A stretch of 44,586 nucleotides of DNA. Origin: Novosphingobium sp. GTDB taxonomy: Bacteria; Pseudomonadota; Alphaproteobacteria; Sphingomonadales; Sphingomonadaceae. Where the stretch lies: positions 1 to 44,586 of the forward strand of contig JBDSSP010000061.1 in NCBI GenBank assembly GCA_039928735.1, given 5' to 3'. This document shows, piece by piece, positions 1 through 9,168 of this stretch (position 1 is its first letter; every line of letters begins with the position of its first letter). The notes below the pieces were generated by a model. That model saw only the letters and a list, made by a program, of their open reading frames with translations. It did no database searches and was not told the origin of the DNA. Both the position numbers and the translations under genes were made by a program.

Positions 1-2
1 AT

Positions 3-722
3 GAGCGCCAATTCACCCTGATCGGCACCACCGACCGCGATCACCACGGCGCGCTGGACCAGGTCGAGGCCAGCTGCGAAGAAATTGCCTATCTGTGCGA
101 AGGTGCAAACCTCTACTTCGCTACAAAGATCACGCCCGAGGACGTGGTCTGGTCATACGCGGGGGTGCGCCCGCTGATCGACGACGGCTCCGGCAAACCC
201 GAAGCCGCCACCCGCGGATACAGCTTCGAACTCGATGGCGATGGCAGTGAAGGCCAGCCGCCGTTGCTCTCGGTCTTTGGCGGCAAGATCACGACCTACC
301 GACACCTCGCCGCCGAAGCGATCGACTTACTGAAACCCCTGATCCCAGCCCTGGAGGGTGAAGACTGGACCGCCACTCAGGCCCTCCCCGGCGGCGACTT
401 CCCCAAACAGGGCGCGCCTGCCATCAAAGCCCGGCTCGCCCGCGATTGCTCCTTCCTCGCAGACGCGTGGATCGATCGGATAGTCCGCAGTTACGGTACG
501 TTGGCCCAGAGCTGGCTCGGCAAGGCCAAACACCTTGAAGACCTTGGAACCCATTTCGGTCACGGCCTGACAGCTGCGGAAGTAAATTACCTTGTCGAGC
601 GCGAATGGGCGCGGAGCGCAGACGATGTGCTGTGGCGCCGAAGCAAGTTGGGGCTGGTTTTCGATGCGGGTCAGGCGGATGCGCTCACGGTGTACCTCAC
701 GAAGGCGAACGAGGCGGTCTAG
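3..722 (+). CDS. glpD: FAD-dependent glycerol-3-phosphate dehydrogenase, C-terminal part (5' end outside window)
   Basis: Frame open from base 3 (ERQFTLIGTTDRD). Motifs WSYAGVRPL, SVFGGKITTYRHLA and EVNYLVEREWARSADDVLWRRSKLGL are typical of GlpD. Confidence 0.92.
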   Translation, partial: ERQFTLIGTTDRDHHGALDQVEASCEEIAYLCEGANLYFATKITPEDVVWSYAGVRPLIDDGSGKPEAATRGYSFELDGDGSEGQPPLLSVFGGKITTYRHLAAEAIDLLKPLIPALEGEDWTATQALPGGDFPKQGAPAIKARLARDCSFLADAWIDRIVRSYGTLAQSWLGKAKHLEDLGTHFGHGLTAAEVNYLVEREWARSADDVLWRRSKLGLVFDAGQADALTVYLTKANEAV

Positions 723-907
723 GGTGTGCCAGCCGGGGACTGCAAGCCCGTCGCTGCAATGAGGCAATTTGTCGACGTTTCAGCCACTTGCAGGCAGCTT
801 CCCGCCACGGGGGTGGCGAGACGTCGATGACTATGCGGGGTCACCGGAATTGGTGGTAAAAACGTTTGGAGGTGTGGGCAGTCAGATATCCACTAGTCTC
901 CGAGGCA

Positions 908-1102
908 TTTTCCCTGCTTAACAGGGAAAATACAGGGAATTGGCCAATTTTTCGGACCTCGGCGGTCGTTCAGCAGAGCTGTAACCCGCACACTTTAGCC
1001 ACTCTCAAGACAAATTCCCTGCGTTAGGAACAGGGAATTCCTCTTCAGCTATCAGGGAATAGTAGTCAGCGCATCAGGGAGCGCGCTTTTCGCGATCAGC
1101 GA
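908..1102. repeat. CAGGGAA/TTCCCTG inverted and phased direct repeat array
   Basis: IR TTTTCCCTG(908-916)/CAGGGAAAA(922-930), extra CAGGGAA at 933; IR AATTCCCTG(1013-1021)/CAGGGAATT(1031-1039); CAGGGA at 1031, 1053, 1075 and degenerate CAGCGA at 1097 (22 bp period). Confidence 0.8.
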
Positions 1103-1935
1103 TCGTCGTCGCGCATCTCGGCATATAGCATGAGGAGAGCGAAGCCACTCTGCTAATGGAGAACTTGCTCGGTCAGGACCTCGACCTTGCGAGCGCCCGA
1201 CGCGCCGAGCCACAGCTCAGGGTCACATTCTTCGACCTGCGTTGTCATGCCCGGAAGGCATGAAACATCATGATAGCATGAATCTACAGGTACCCGGTGT
1301 CCTGATGAAACAGCGATCCAGGGGAAATTACGTTCGTTTCGATAGTGGTGCGACACCCTTCCACTACTGATGACCACGACTGCCACAGCTTCGCGGCTGA
1401 ACTCGACATACGCACGCGCCAAGGCATCTTTGCTGACGTCAAACAGGTTTGCGAGGCGGACTATGTCGGTGACTTCGGGTCGCCGAATCTCCCGAAGCTC
1501 GGCCGTTAGAACCCTCGTCGGCATCAGTCATGACGCAGCGAACCGGTTGGCCTCGGCTTCCATGCGCCGGCGACGATCTTTGTCCTTGGTGTCGCTCAGG
1601 TGAAGTTGCGCCTCGGAACACAAGAGATGCGCTCCTGCTGGAGTTCGATGCATCGGTATCAGAAAGTGTCCGAGTTCGTGCGCGATGGAATATCGCCGCC
1701 GCCGGTTTGACTGGCCACTTGCCACCAGGATCGCCCCGCTGGACTTTACCTCGTCCGTGATAAGCGCTGCTGCAAAGCCTTCGGTATGCAGATTGTCGAT
1801 TTTGAAAATGTCGAGGCGCTCGCACAAGGCCTCGAGCGGTATCGGGACTGTCAGGCCAGGTTCCAGCTCAAAAATGCGCGCGGCCAAGCCAGTTGGCGAT
1901 CCAAGACCGTCGAGATCGAGCCGAGTGATCTTCAA
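1096..1935 (-). pseudogene. ImmA/IrrE-family Zn metallopeptidase with two in-frame stop codons
   Basis: HExxH motif (RYSIAHELGHFL) and EAEANRFAAS*LMP with TGA at 1530-1528. A second stop TAG at 1155-1153 (VLH*QSGFALLMLYAEMRDDDR) precedes the natural stop at 1098-1096. All three segments are in one frame. Confidence 0.85.
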
Positions 1936-2279
1936 TTGGCGCGATTCCGATTAAGTTTGAGCTGTTCCATCAACACCTGGATAGTCTCGCGGTCCCGCTC
2001 GTCGAGCTTTTTGAGATCGCGAAACATTGCGACCATTTCGGGCGCTTCGTCCTCAGCGCTCGGATTCTCGCCGACAAGATCTGCCACCCGGACCCGGAAC
2101 AGATCGGCTAGTTTCACGACCAGCTCGATCGAGGGGTTCTCGGACAGTTGCTTTTCGAGATTCCAGACGTGCGCCTTCGAAATCCCAACCGCGGTGGCGA
2201 CGTCCTGGAGCGACATGCGACTGCGCAAGCGCAGATCGTGCAGCTTTGCACCGAAGCTCATCTTCGATCTCCTGTTCAC
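1932..2279 (-). CDS. XRE/Cro-family helix-turn-helix transcriptional regulator (likely start ATG 2261)
   Basis: LHDLRLRSRMSLQDVATAVGISKAHVWNLEKQLSENPSIELVVKLADLF is a canonical HTH_3 pattern; 4 bp overlap with the peptidase gene. Confidence 0.9.
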   Translation of the reverse strand: MNRRSKMSFGAKLHDLRLRSRMSLQDVATAVGISKAHVWNLEKQLSENPSIELVVKLADLFRVRVADLVGENPSAEDEAPEMVAMFRDLKKLDERDRETIQVLMEQLKLNRNRAN

Positions 2280-2363
2280 TGGATTGGTACGCTATCATAA
2301 TGCAGGCATTGACAATGTCGAGTGTTCAATATAGTAGTATGAAATTGTTCTGGAGAATCAGTC

Positions 2364-3690
2364 ATGCGATTTGCCCAGGTTACCGAACGTTCGATTGCTA
2401 CGCTGCGTCCCTATGCGGGCAACGCGCGCACCCACTCGAAGAAGCAAATCAGGCAGATCGCCGGCTCGATAGGCCGCTTCGGGTTCACCAACCCGGTGCT
2501 GATCTCAGAGAACGGCGAGATCATTGCCGGTCACGGCCGGGTCGAAGCGGCGAAGTCGCTGGGCTGGAAAACCGTGCCGGCCATTGCGCTGGCTCATCTC
2601 TCCGAAGCCGAACGCCGCGCCTATGTCCTTGCCGACAACAAACTGGCGCTGAACGCCGGCTGGGACCGTGAGATATTCGCGATCGAATTGCAGGCGTTGG
2701 TCGATCTCGAGTTCGATGTTGAACTGACCGGGTTCAGCCTTGCGGAAATCGAACTGGTCCTCGATGAAGCTGGTGAGGCTGATCCCGATGGCGGCGACAA
2801 TGCCGACGAGGCTTTTGTCATCGCCGGCGGACCGGCGGTGTCGCGGGTGGCCGATATATGGTCGCTCGGCCGACACCGGCTGCTGTGCGGCGATACGCGC
2901 AGCGACATCGATATGGATCGGCTGATGGATGGTGCGCGGGCCGACCTGGTGTTCACCGATCCGCCCTACAATGTCGCGATCGACGGCAACGTCTGCGGGC
3001 TGGGTTCAGTCAAGCACCGCGAGTTTGCCTTTGCCAGCGGGGAGATGACCAAGGACCAATTCTCCGCCTTCCTGACAGAAACGCTTGGAACATGAGCCGG
3101 GTGATGCGCGACGGCGCCATTGCGTTCGTCTGCATGGACTGGCGCCACATGGGTGAGCTGCTGACGGCCGGCGGGGCTGCGTTTACCGAGTTCAAGAATC
3201 TGGTTGTCTGGAACAAGACCAATGGCGGGATGGGCGCCTTCTATCGCTCTAAGCACGAACTGGTCTTCGTGTTCAAGCAGGGCACGGCCCAGCATACCAA
3301 CAGCTTTGGCCTTGGCGAGACGGGACGCTACCGCACCAATGTCTGGGACTACGCCGGGATCAGTTCAATGGGTGCCGGCCGCGCCGAAGAACTGGCTATG
3401 CACCGACGGTAAAGCCGGTCGCGCTGATTGCCGATGCGATCCGCGACTGCTCGCGCCGCGGCGAGATTGTGCTTGATGGATTCGGTGGCTCGGGCTCGAT
3501 GCTGATCGCGGCGGAGAAGACCGGGCGCTCGGCGCGCCTTGTCGAATATGACCCGCTCTACTGTGATACGATTGTCCGCCGCTGGGAGGCGTTCACCGGC
3601 AAGAAGGCTCGTCTTGCGGGCAGCAACCGCTCCTACGAGGATGCAGCCGAGGCGCGCCATGGCATCAATCTCGGCGAGGAAGCTGCCTGA
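2364..3690 (+). pseudogene. ParB-like N-terminal domain fused to N4/N6 DNA methyltransferase, two frameshifts
   Basis: ParB motif IIAGHGRVEAAK; catalytic DPPY; SAM-binding VLDGFGGSGS. Single-base losses near 3090 (GGAAC-ATG) and near 3404 (ATGCACCGACGGTAAAG, expected MHPTVKP) join ORFs 2364-3095, 2858-3412 and 3469-3690. Confidence 0.88.
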
Positions 3691-4487
3691 TGGAAGGCGA
3701 GGCAGGTAAATATCCGGTCGGTTACGGCAGGCCGCCTGCCAAGCACCAGTTTCGCAAGGGCCAGTCGGGCAATCCGGGCGGGCGTCCCAGGGGCGCGAAA
3801 AACCGGACCGTCGACACCGGGCTTGGCATGAGGGCTGCCGAGGAGTTCCTGCGGTTCGAAGCTTACAGACCCGTGACCATTCGCGAGGGCGAGCGGGTGA
3901 TGGAACTGCCTGCAATCCAGGCAGTATTCCGTGCGATGGGTGTCGCGGCCATGAAGGGGAACCGGTGTGTCCAGAAACAACTCGCCGAGATGGTGACGAA
4001 AGCCGAAAAGCAGGATCATCAGTCCCGCATGGAGCTGTTCGGCAAGGCAATCGATTACAAACAGCGGTGGGATGCTGAATTCGAGCGATGTCGCGAGGCT
4101 GGTCAGCCGCAGCCTGTGCCGCTCCCGCATCCCGATGACGTCATCCTCGATCCCAACACCGGCGGGGTGCGAATCCATGGCCCGCAAACCAAGGAGCAAA
4201 AGGCGCAGCTCGACGAGGCGATCGCCCGGCGCACGGAGGCACAGGAGGACGTCAATTACTTCGCCGCAAAGTATCGCCGGGCGCGCGATGTACAGAGCAA
4301 GGCACGCTGGCTCGAGGAATGGCACTTCGAGCAGCGAATGTTCGACATCATCAACGACATCCTGGCCGAACGCTACAAGGCGACGCTCGAGAACCGGTCG
4401 TACCGCGAAGGCGCTTCACGCGAAGGCGCGGCAATCGAGGAAATGAGGAAGAACAAATCTTTGCGGCAGGAATATGTCGGGGAGTGA
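3690..4487 (+). CDS. DUF5681-like domain protein
   Basis: N-terminal YPVGYGRPPAKHQFRKGQSGNPGGRPRG signature; TGATG-coupled to the methyltransferase. Confidence 0.8.
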   Translation: MEGEAGKYPVGYGRPPAKHQFRKGQSGNPGGRPRGAKNRTVDTGLGMRAAEEFLRFEAYRPVTIREGERVMELPAIQAVFRAMGVAAMKGNRCVQKQLAEMVTKAEKQDHQSRMELFGKAIDYKQRWDAEFERCREAGQPQPVPLPHPDDVILDPNTGGVRIHGPQTKEQKAQLDEAIARRTEAQEDVNYFAAKYRRARDVQSKARWLEEWHFEQRMFDIINDILAERYKATLENRSYREGASREGAAIEEMRKNKSLRQEYVGE

Positions 4488-4521
4488 ATGGTCAAGAATT
4501 GTCTGCTTCCGCCGACATAAC

Positions 4522-4740
4522 TGTTGATTGTCACTGACAGCTGACTCGGTAGGAGCGTAAATTTTCACTGAGAAGTGACCCATGTTCTGTTCTTTCCCTT
4601 GGTTGTTGCGTCGGGGGAGCATGGAGTGATCGACATGGCGTTATTGAGCGTAATCCGCCGCTGGCATTTTCGTGAAGGGATGCCGATCTGTGAGATTGAA
4701 CGGCGCACAGGATTGTCGCGGAGTTCGGACCGTAAGTGGT
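4522..4740 (+). mobile_element. istA: IS21-family left end with truncated istA transposase
   Basis: Terminus TGTTGATTGTCACTGACAGCTGACTC (4522-4547) and internal repeat ATTTTCACTGAGAAGTGACCC (4561-4581); VIDMALLSVIRRWHFREGMPICEIERRTGLSR resembles the IstA N-terminal HTH; similarity lost near 4735. Confidence 0.8.
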
Positions 4741-4803
4741 TCGAAGGAGCAGTCCGCTTTACCAAAGAGGGTGCATGGTTCAGATCTGTCGCCACGTCAT
4801 AAC

Positions 4804-5844
4804 TCACTGGTCTATTGCGAAGTGTGCCGCCTGGACGCTACGGAATTCGCGAGGCGCTACGTCATAATGGGCTTTGAACATGCGGCTGAAGTGCGCACTA
4901 CTTTTGAATCCCGCCTGGTAAGCTATCTCGCTGATTGAGTAATGCTGCATATTTTGATCCCGCAACCAGTCGTGTGCTGTAGACATTCGCTTTTCCCAAA
5001 GTAGGTTAGAGAATGACAAGTCGTTCCTCTTGAGAACATGGCACAGATAGCGAAGGGAAATCCCGCAGTTTGCTGCCACAATCTTAGCGTTTAGATCGGG
5101 ATTGGAGAAATGTTGATTGATATAACGCGAGATGTCGCCAACGCGCTTATCTGCGATTGAGCGCCCGGCCACTGGGGTGCCCAAGTAGCGCGCTACAGTA
5201 CGTCCGAGTTCGGTTATCAAGGTTGTCGCCATCTTTTCAGCGATCTCTGGATCTAACTCGGCATCTTCCTCGAACAGCATCGTCAACATGCGTTCAGTTA
5301 CAGACACGTCGCCGCGTGACGCTGGGATCGGTTTTCCCACCTCTGCATTGTCGCTCAGAATCGCGAGAAGCAAGTGCGATGGGACGGCGACATGCATGGC
5401 CTCCAATTGACCGCCAGTGTCGGGCACCAATTCCATGTAGAAGGCCCGCGACGACCGCGTGATTGTGCATTCGTGCGGGTTTATTACATGCCGAACACCA
5501 GCCCGCGAGATTGTTATGGTTCCACGCCTTACGAACCAGAATATCGTCATGTCTGTTTTGTCGTTGCGGATATGAGTCCAGGATCGGCGAAAGGACAGCC
5601 CGGTGCGCGATGTAAGCAAGTAGATCGAATAATCTCCCGCCACGCTCTTTTCGATCTTCATCTCCACGTCGTTTGTGGATAGCGGCTGCAAATCGCCGTC
5701 GTAGAAATCGGCGTTGTTCTTTCCCCTGAATTCAAAACGACGTTTCTGATGGTTCCCTGTCGTCATGTCGAAGGTCAATACGGGCATCAAACGCTCCTTC
5801 CCTTGGCTTGCCCGATAGGTGTCCATTTTACATCGCAATAACAC
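4804..5844 (-). CDS. AraC-family transcriptional regulator (start may be ATG 5787)
   Basis: C-terminal double HTH: IVAANCGISLRYLCHVL and SISEIAYQAGFKSSAHFSRMFKAHYDVAPREFR. Confidence 0.93.
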   Translation of the reverse strand: MLLRCKMDTYRASQGKERLMPVLTFDMTTGNHQKRRFEFRGKNNADFYDGDLQPLSTNDVEMKIEKSVAGDYSIYLLTSRTGLSFRRSWTHIRNDKTDMTIFWFVRRGTITISRAGVRHVINPHECTITRSSRAFYMELVPDTGGQLEAMHVAVPSHLLLAILSDNAEVGKPIPASRGDVSVTERMLTMLFEEDAELDPEIAEKMATTLITELGRTVARYLGTPVAGRSIADKRVGDISRYINQHFSNPDLNAKIVAANCGISLRYLCHVLKRNDLSFSNLLWEKRMSTAHDWLRDQNMQHYSISEIAYQAGFKSSAHFSRMFKAHYDVAPREFRSVQAAHFAIDQ

Positions 5845-5974
5845 ACTCAGGCAATTGAGTCATTCCCCCGGAGCCCGTCTGAATGACTTGCCGGAAATTG
5901 ATCTGCGAGTTGATCCAGTTTGCTAACGGAGGTCTTCCACGCCTTTTCTATTGGGCAACACCCAATTTCTGCGC

Positions 5975-6121
5975 CTACACGCCGGACAGCCGGTTGGCAT
6001 CGAACTGGAGATGCTCGATATTGTTTCCGACGTTCAGCGCACAAACAGCCGTCTCTCGTGCCAAATCAAGTTGGGTAATGGACTGGACGGTATGCGAGTT
6101 ACGGTCGCCCCAAATGGCTGA
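5975..6121 (+). pseudogene. C-terminal remnant of an adrenodoxin/putidaredoxin-type [2Fe-2S] ferredoxin
   Basis: Frame 5984-6121 reads GQPVGIELEMLDIVSDVQRTNSRLSCQIKLGNGLDGMRVTVAPNG*. The N-terminal CxxxxxCxxC is absent (in-frame TAA at 5924). Confidence 0.8.
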
Positions 6122-6184
6122 AGGTAACGCCACCGTTTGATTGAACGAACATTGGTGCCCAGCGGCACCCAGAGGATCACGAGC

Positions 6185-7381
6185 ATGACTGAGACCATCG
6201 AAAACACCATTCCAATTCTCGATACCAGCGACGTCGACAAGTATGTCGGTCAACGGGTCGTCTTCGCTGAGATGTGGGATCCGGTGAGCAATACTGACAT
6301 CCGCCGTTGGGCGCAGGCGCTCGATAACGCAAACCCGCTGCACTATGATCGGGAATTTGCCCTAGCATCCCGTTTCGGGGGAATCGTCGCGCCGCAAAGC
6401 TTTACCGTTGCGATGGATTACGGTCATGGCTGCCATCCGTCGTGCATCGGCAATGTACCCGGCACTCACTTGATCTTCGCGGGAGAGGAATGGTGGTTTT
6501 ACGGCGGTCGAATTCGTGAAGGTGACCATTTACGTCAGGAGCGCTGGTTCGCGGGCTACAGAGTTTCCGAAACCAGTTTTGCCGGCCCGACGATGTTCGC
6601 TGATGGGGACACCTATCATTATCGGGAAGACGGCACACTCTTTGCGAAAGAACGTGCCACGTCGATCCGATACTTGCGGGATGAGGCGAACAAGCGCGCG
6701 CAATATGGTCGCGATACTCGCACGGTCAAGCAGTGGACCGAGCAGGAGATCGCAGACGTCAATCAGATTCGTTTGGACTGGATCTTGTCCAATCGGGAAG
6801 GCCGTTCTCCAAACTGGTGCGATGTCGCGATCGATGACATGCTGCCGACCAGAGTGATCGGCCCTCACACCCCACTCACATTCGGCTTCGAATATCGCGC
6901 GCACCGTCAAAACATCTGGGGCACCTGGCGCTGGAATCCGCCCGAAGGTTACGAAGATCCGGCAATGTTCGACGCCGGCTTTTCCGATGAAATGACATAC
7001 GATTTTGAAGCGCAGAAGCTTGATCCCCGGCAGAAAGATGGACTCTACCATGGTCCGTCGAGCGGTCACCTCAACCCTGCCAAAGCGGAAAAAATCGGAA
7101 TGGGCGGCGCATACGGTTACGGTTCATCGATGAACGCTTGGCATCTCGACACCGTTGCATACTGGGCGGGGCACAAAGGCTATATTTGGCATTCGAAGAC
7201 CCAGTTTCGTAAGCCCGCCTTTGAGGGCGACATCACAATCATCCAAGGCAGGGTAGTCGGCAAGTCCGAGAGCAGTGCCTTCGGCGTGCCGACCGTGACT
7301 GTTGAGGTAGTCATGAAAACACAGGACGGTGATACAATCCTTAAAGGGACCGCCGAAGTTTCTCTGCCGCGGGGCAAATAG
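6185..7381 (+). CDS. Double hot-dog fold MaoC-like acyl dehydratase
   Basis: IRRWAQALDNANPLHYDREFALASRFGGIVAPQSF (MaoC N-type), second hot-dog domain with HLNPAKAEKIGM and FRKPAFEGD; RBS AGAGG before ATG 6185. Confidence 0.8.
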   Translation: MTETIENTIPILDTSDVDKYVGQRVVFAEMWDPVSNTDIRRWAQALDNANPLHYDREFALASRFGGIVAPQSFTVAMDYGHGCHPSCIGNVPGTHLIFAGEEWWFYGGRIREGDHLRQERWFAGYRVSETSFAGPTMFADGDTYHYREDGTLFAKERATSIRYLRDEANKRAQYGRDTRTVKQWTEQEIADVNQIRLDWILSNREGRSPNWCDVAIDDMLPTRVIGPHTPLTFGFEYRAHRQNIWGTWRWNPPEGYEDPAMFDAGFSDEMTYDFEAQKLDPRQKDGLYHGPSSGHLNPAKAEKIGMGGAYGYGSSMNAWHLDTVAYWAGHKGYIWHSKTQFRKPAFEGDITIIQGRVVGKSESSAFGVPTVTVEVVMKTQDGDTILKGTAEVSLPRGK

Positions 7382-9103
7382 ATGAAGTCCAAAGACCTGG
7401 TCTGCTGCACACTATGGGCAGACGGCCTTTCGTTTGCCTCTGGCATGCCCCTCGAGACGCAGTCGGGCATCGGTGCGCTGACAATTGGTGGCTACCTGCG
7501 CGAACTCGCGACACGTTACGGGCCGCGCGAAGCGCTGGTGATAGGACTAGGCACAGAGCGGGTCGCCTGGACCTACGAGGAGTTGCTTGACCGCTCGATG
7601 GACGTTGCAAAGTCGCTGATTGCCTGCGGGATCGGGAAGGACGAGCGGGTCGGCATATTGATGACCAATCGGCTGGAATTTATGAGCTCGCTGTTCGGCG
7701 CAGCTTTGGCCGGAGCGGTTGCGGTACCGTTGAGCACATTCTCGACATCGACCGAGCTCGCTTATATGCTCAAAGCCTCACAGGTCTCAGCACTGCTATT
7801 CGAGAGCCAAGTGCTCAAGAAGAATTTTGGTGCGATGCTGTCAGAGTTGGAGCCGGAAATTGCATCGGCGCAGCCATTCACCCTCGCTTCGGTGAATTTT
7901 CCCTACCTCCAACGACTTGTCTCGCTCGACGGCGCATCGGGCGGAGCAGTCGAAAGCTGGTATGATTTCCTATCGAATGGCGAGGCCGTTCCCGATGCGG
8001 TGGTGCTGCGCCGAGCCGACAGCGTCCACCCGGCCGACACAGGGGGTATTTTCTTTTCTTCGGGCACAACCAGCTTGCCCAAAGGCATTATTCACTCTCA
8101 CCGCGCGTTCACGATCCAGTGGTGGCGTTGGCCGTGGCTTTTCGCGATGGAGGGGCCGGTCAAGAGCTGGACGTGCAACGGCTTCTTTTGGTCTGGCAAC
8201 GTCTCAATGGTCATAGGCTCGGCGATGTCAACCGGCGGCGCGGTGATCCTCCAACGCTACTTTGAGGAAGAGGAGGCGTTGCGTCTGATCGAAGCCGAGC
8301 AAATCGGTTTCATCAACGGACGCCCGCACCAATGGGTCCGATTGCAACAGGCAGTGAACTGGGAGACGAGCGACCTATCCTCGCTCAAATATATCCCCCG
8401 CGGCGAATTGATCTGGGAGCACCTAACTGTCCAGACGAACTGGCGCGTGCCTATGTCGTTTGGGACGACCGAGACAATGACCGTTTGCACTGGTCTCCCC
8501 GCCGATACACCCAAGGAGTACTATGTCGGCAGCATGGGGTGCCCGTTGCCAGGCAACACGTTGAAGATCGTCGATCCACTGACGGGCGCTGTCTTGCCGC
8601 TCGGCGAAATCGGCGAGATGTGCATAAAAGGGCCGACACTGATGAGCGGTTACCTTGGAAAATTGCCGGAGGACTGTTTCGACCCTGAGGGCTTTTACCA
8701 CACAGGCGACGGCGGCAGAATCGATGCAGAGGGACGGTTTTTCTGGGAAGGTCGACTTACCGACATGATCAAAACTGGCGGTGCCAACGTAGCTCCTCTC
8801 GAAGTTGACGAGGTGATCAGCTTGGTGCCTGGCGTCAAGCGAACACAAACCTTGGGCGTGCCCGACGATCTCCTTGGCGAGATGGTCGTCTCTTGCATAG
8901 TGCCGGCCGACGGCGTGACCTTGTCCGACGCCAAGATTGTCGCCGTGCTCAAGCAGCGGCTGGCTAGTTTCAAGATTCCCCGCCGCATCATTTTTTTCAC
9001 CGACGAAGACTTTGCACTGACCGGCAACGAAAAGGTTCAGGTGGGAAAGCTCAAGGAGTTGGTTGTGGCGCGGCTTGAAATCGAAAGGCAACCAGTCCGG
9101 TAG
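7382..9103 (+). CDS. AMP-forming acyl-CoA synthetase (class I adenylate-forming enzyme)
   Basis: FSSGTTSLPKG, FGTTE, YHTGD, GRLTDMIKTGGANV motifs. Confidence 0.92.
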   Translation: MKSKDLVCCTLWADGLSFASGMPLETQSGIGALTIGGYLRELATRYGPREALVIGLGTERVAWTYEELLDRSMDVAKSLIACGIGKDERVGILMTNRLEFMSSLFGAALAGAVAVPLSTFSTSTELAYMLKASQVSALLFESQVLKKNFGAMLSELEPEIASAQPFTLASVNFPYLQRLVSLDGASGGAVESWYDFLSNGEAVPDAVVLRRADSVHPADTGGIFFSSGTTSLPKGIIHSHRAFTIQWWRWPWLFAMEGPVKSWTCNGFFWSGNVSMVIGSAMSTGGAVILQRYFEEEEALRLIEAEQIGFINGRPHQWVRLQQAVNWETSDLSSLKYIPRGELIWEHLTVQTNWRVPMSFGTTETMTVCTGLPADTPKEYYVGSMGCPLPGNTLKIVDPLTGAVLPLGEIGEMCIKGPTLMSGYLGKLPEDCFDPEGFYHTGDGGRIDAEGRFFWEGRLTDMIKTGGANVAPLEVDEVISLVPGVKRTQTLGVPDDLLGEMVVSCIVPADGVTLSDAKIVAVLKQRLASFKIPRRIIFFTDEDFALTGNEKVQVGKLKELVVARLEIERQPVR

Positions 9104-9168
9104 TTCCGAATCTTCAATCAATGCCGACATTGAGATAGGTGGGAATAGGCTATGACATTAGCCGTCGA

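Noticed and set aside
723-907. tRNA gene or att site at the island's left boundary
   Set aside because: No cloverleaf or T-loop consensus seen, and no matching direct repeat found by eye near 32490-32720.
908-1102. CRISPR array
   Set aside because: Repeat cores are only 6-9 bp with 11 or 22 bp period, far too short, and there are no cas genes.
1528-1530. Selenocysteine or programmed readthrough at the TGA in the peptidase
   Set aside because: The position corresponds to a Leu in the FAAxLLMP motif, and a second stop (TAG) in the same gene points to decay.
5883-6140. 85 aa ORF from the track
   Set aside because: No recognisable motif; the meaningful ferredoxin signal is in another frame.
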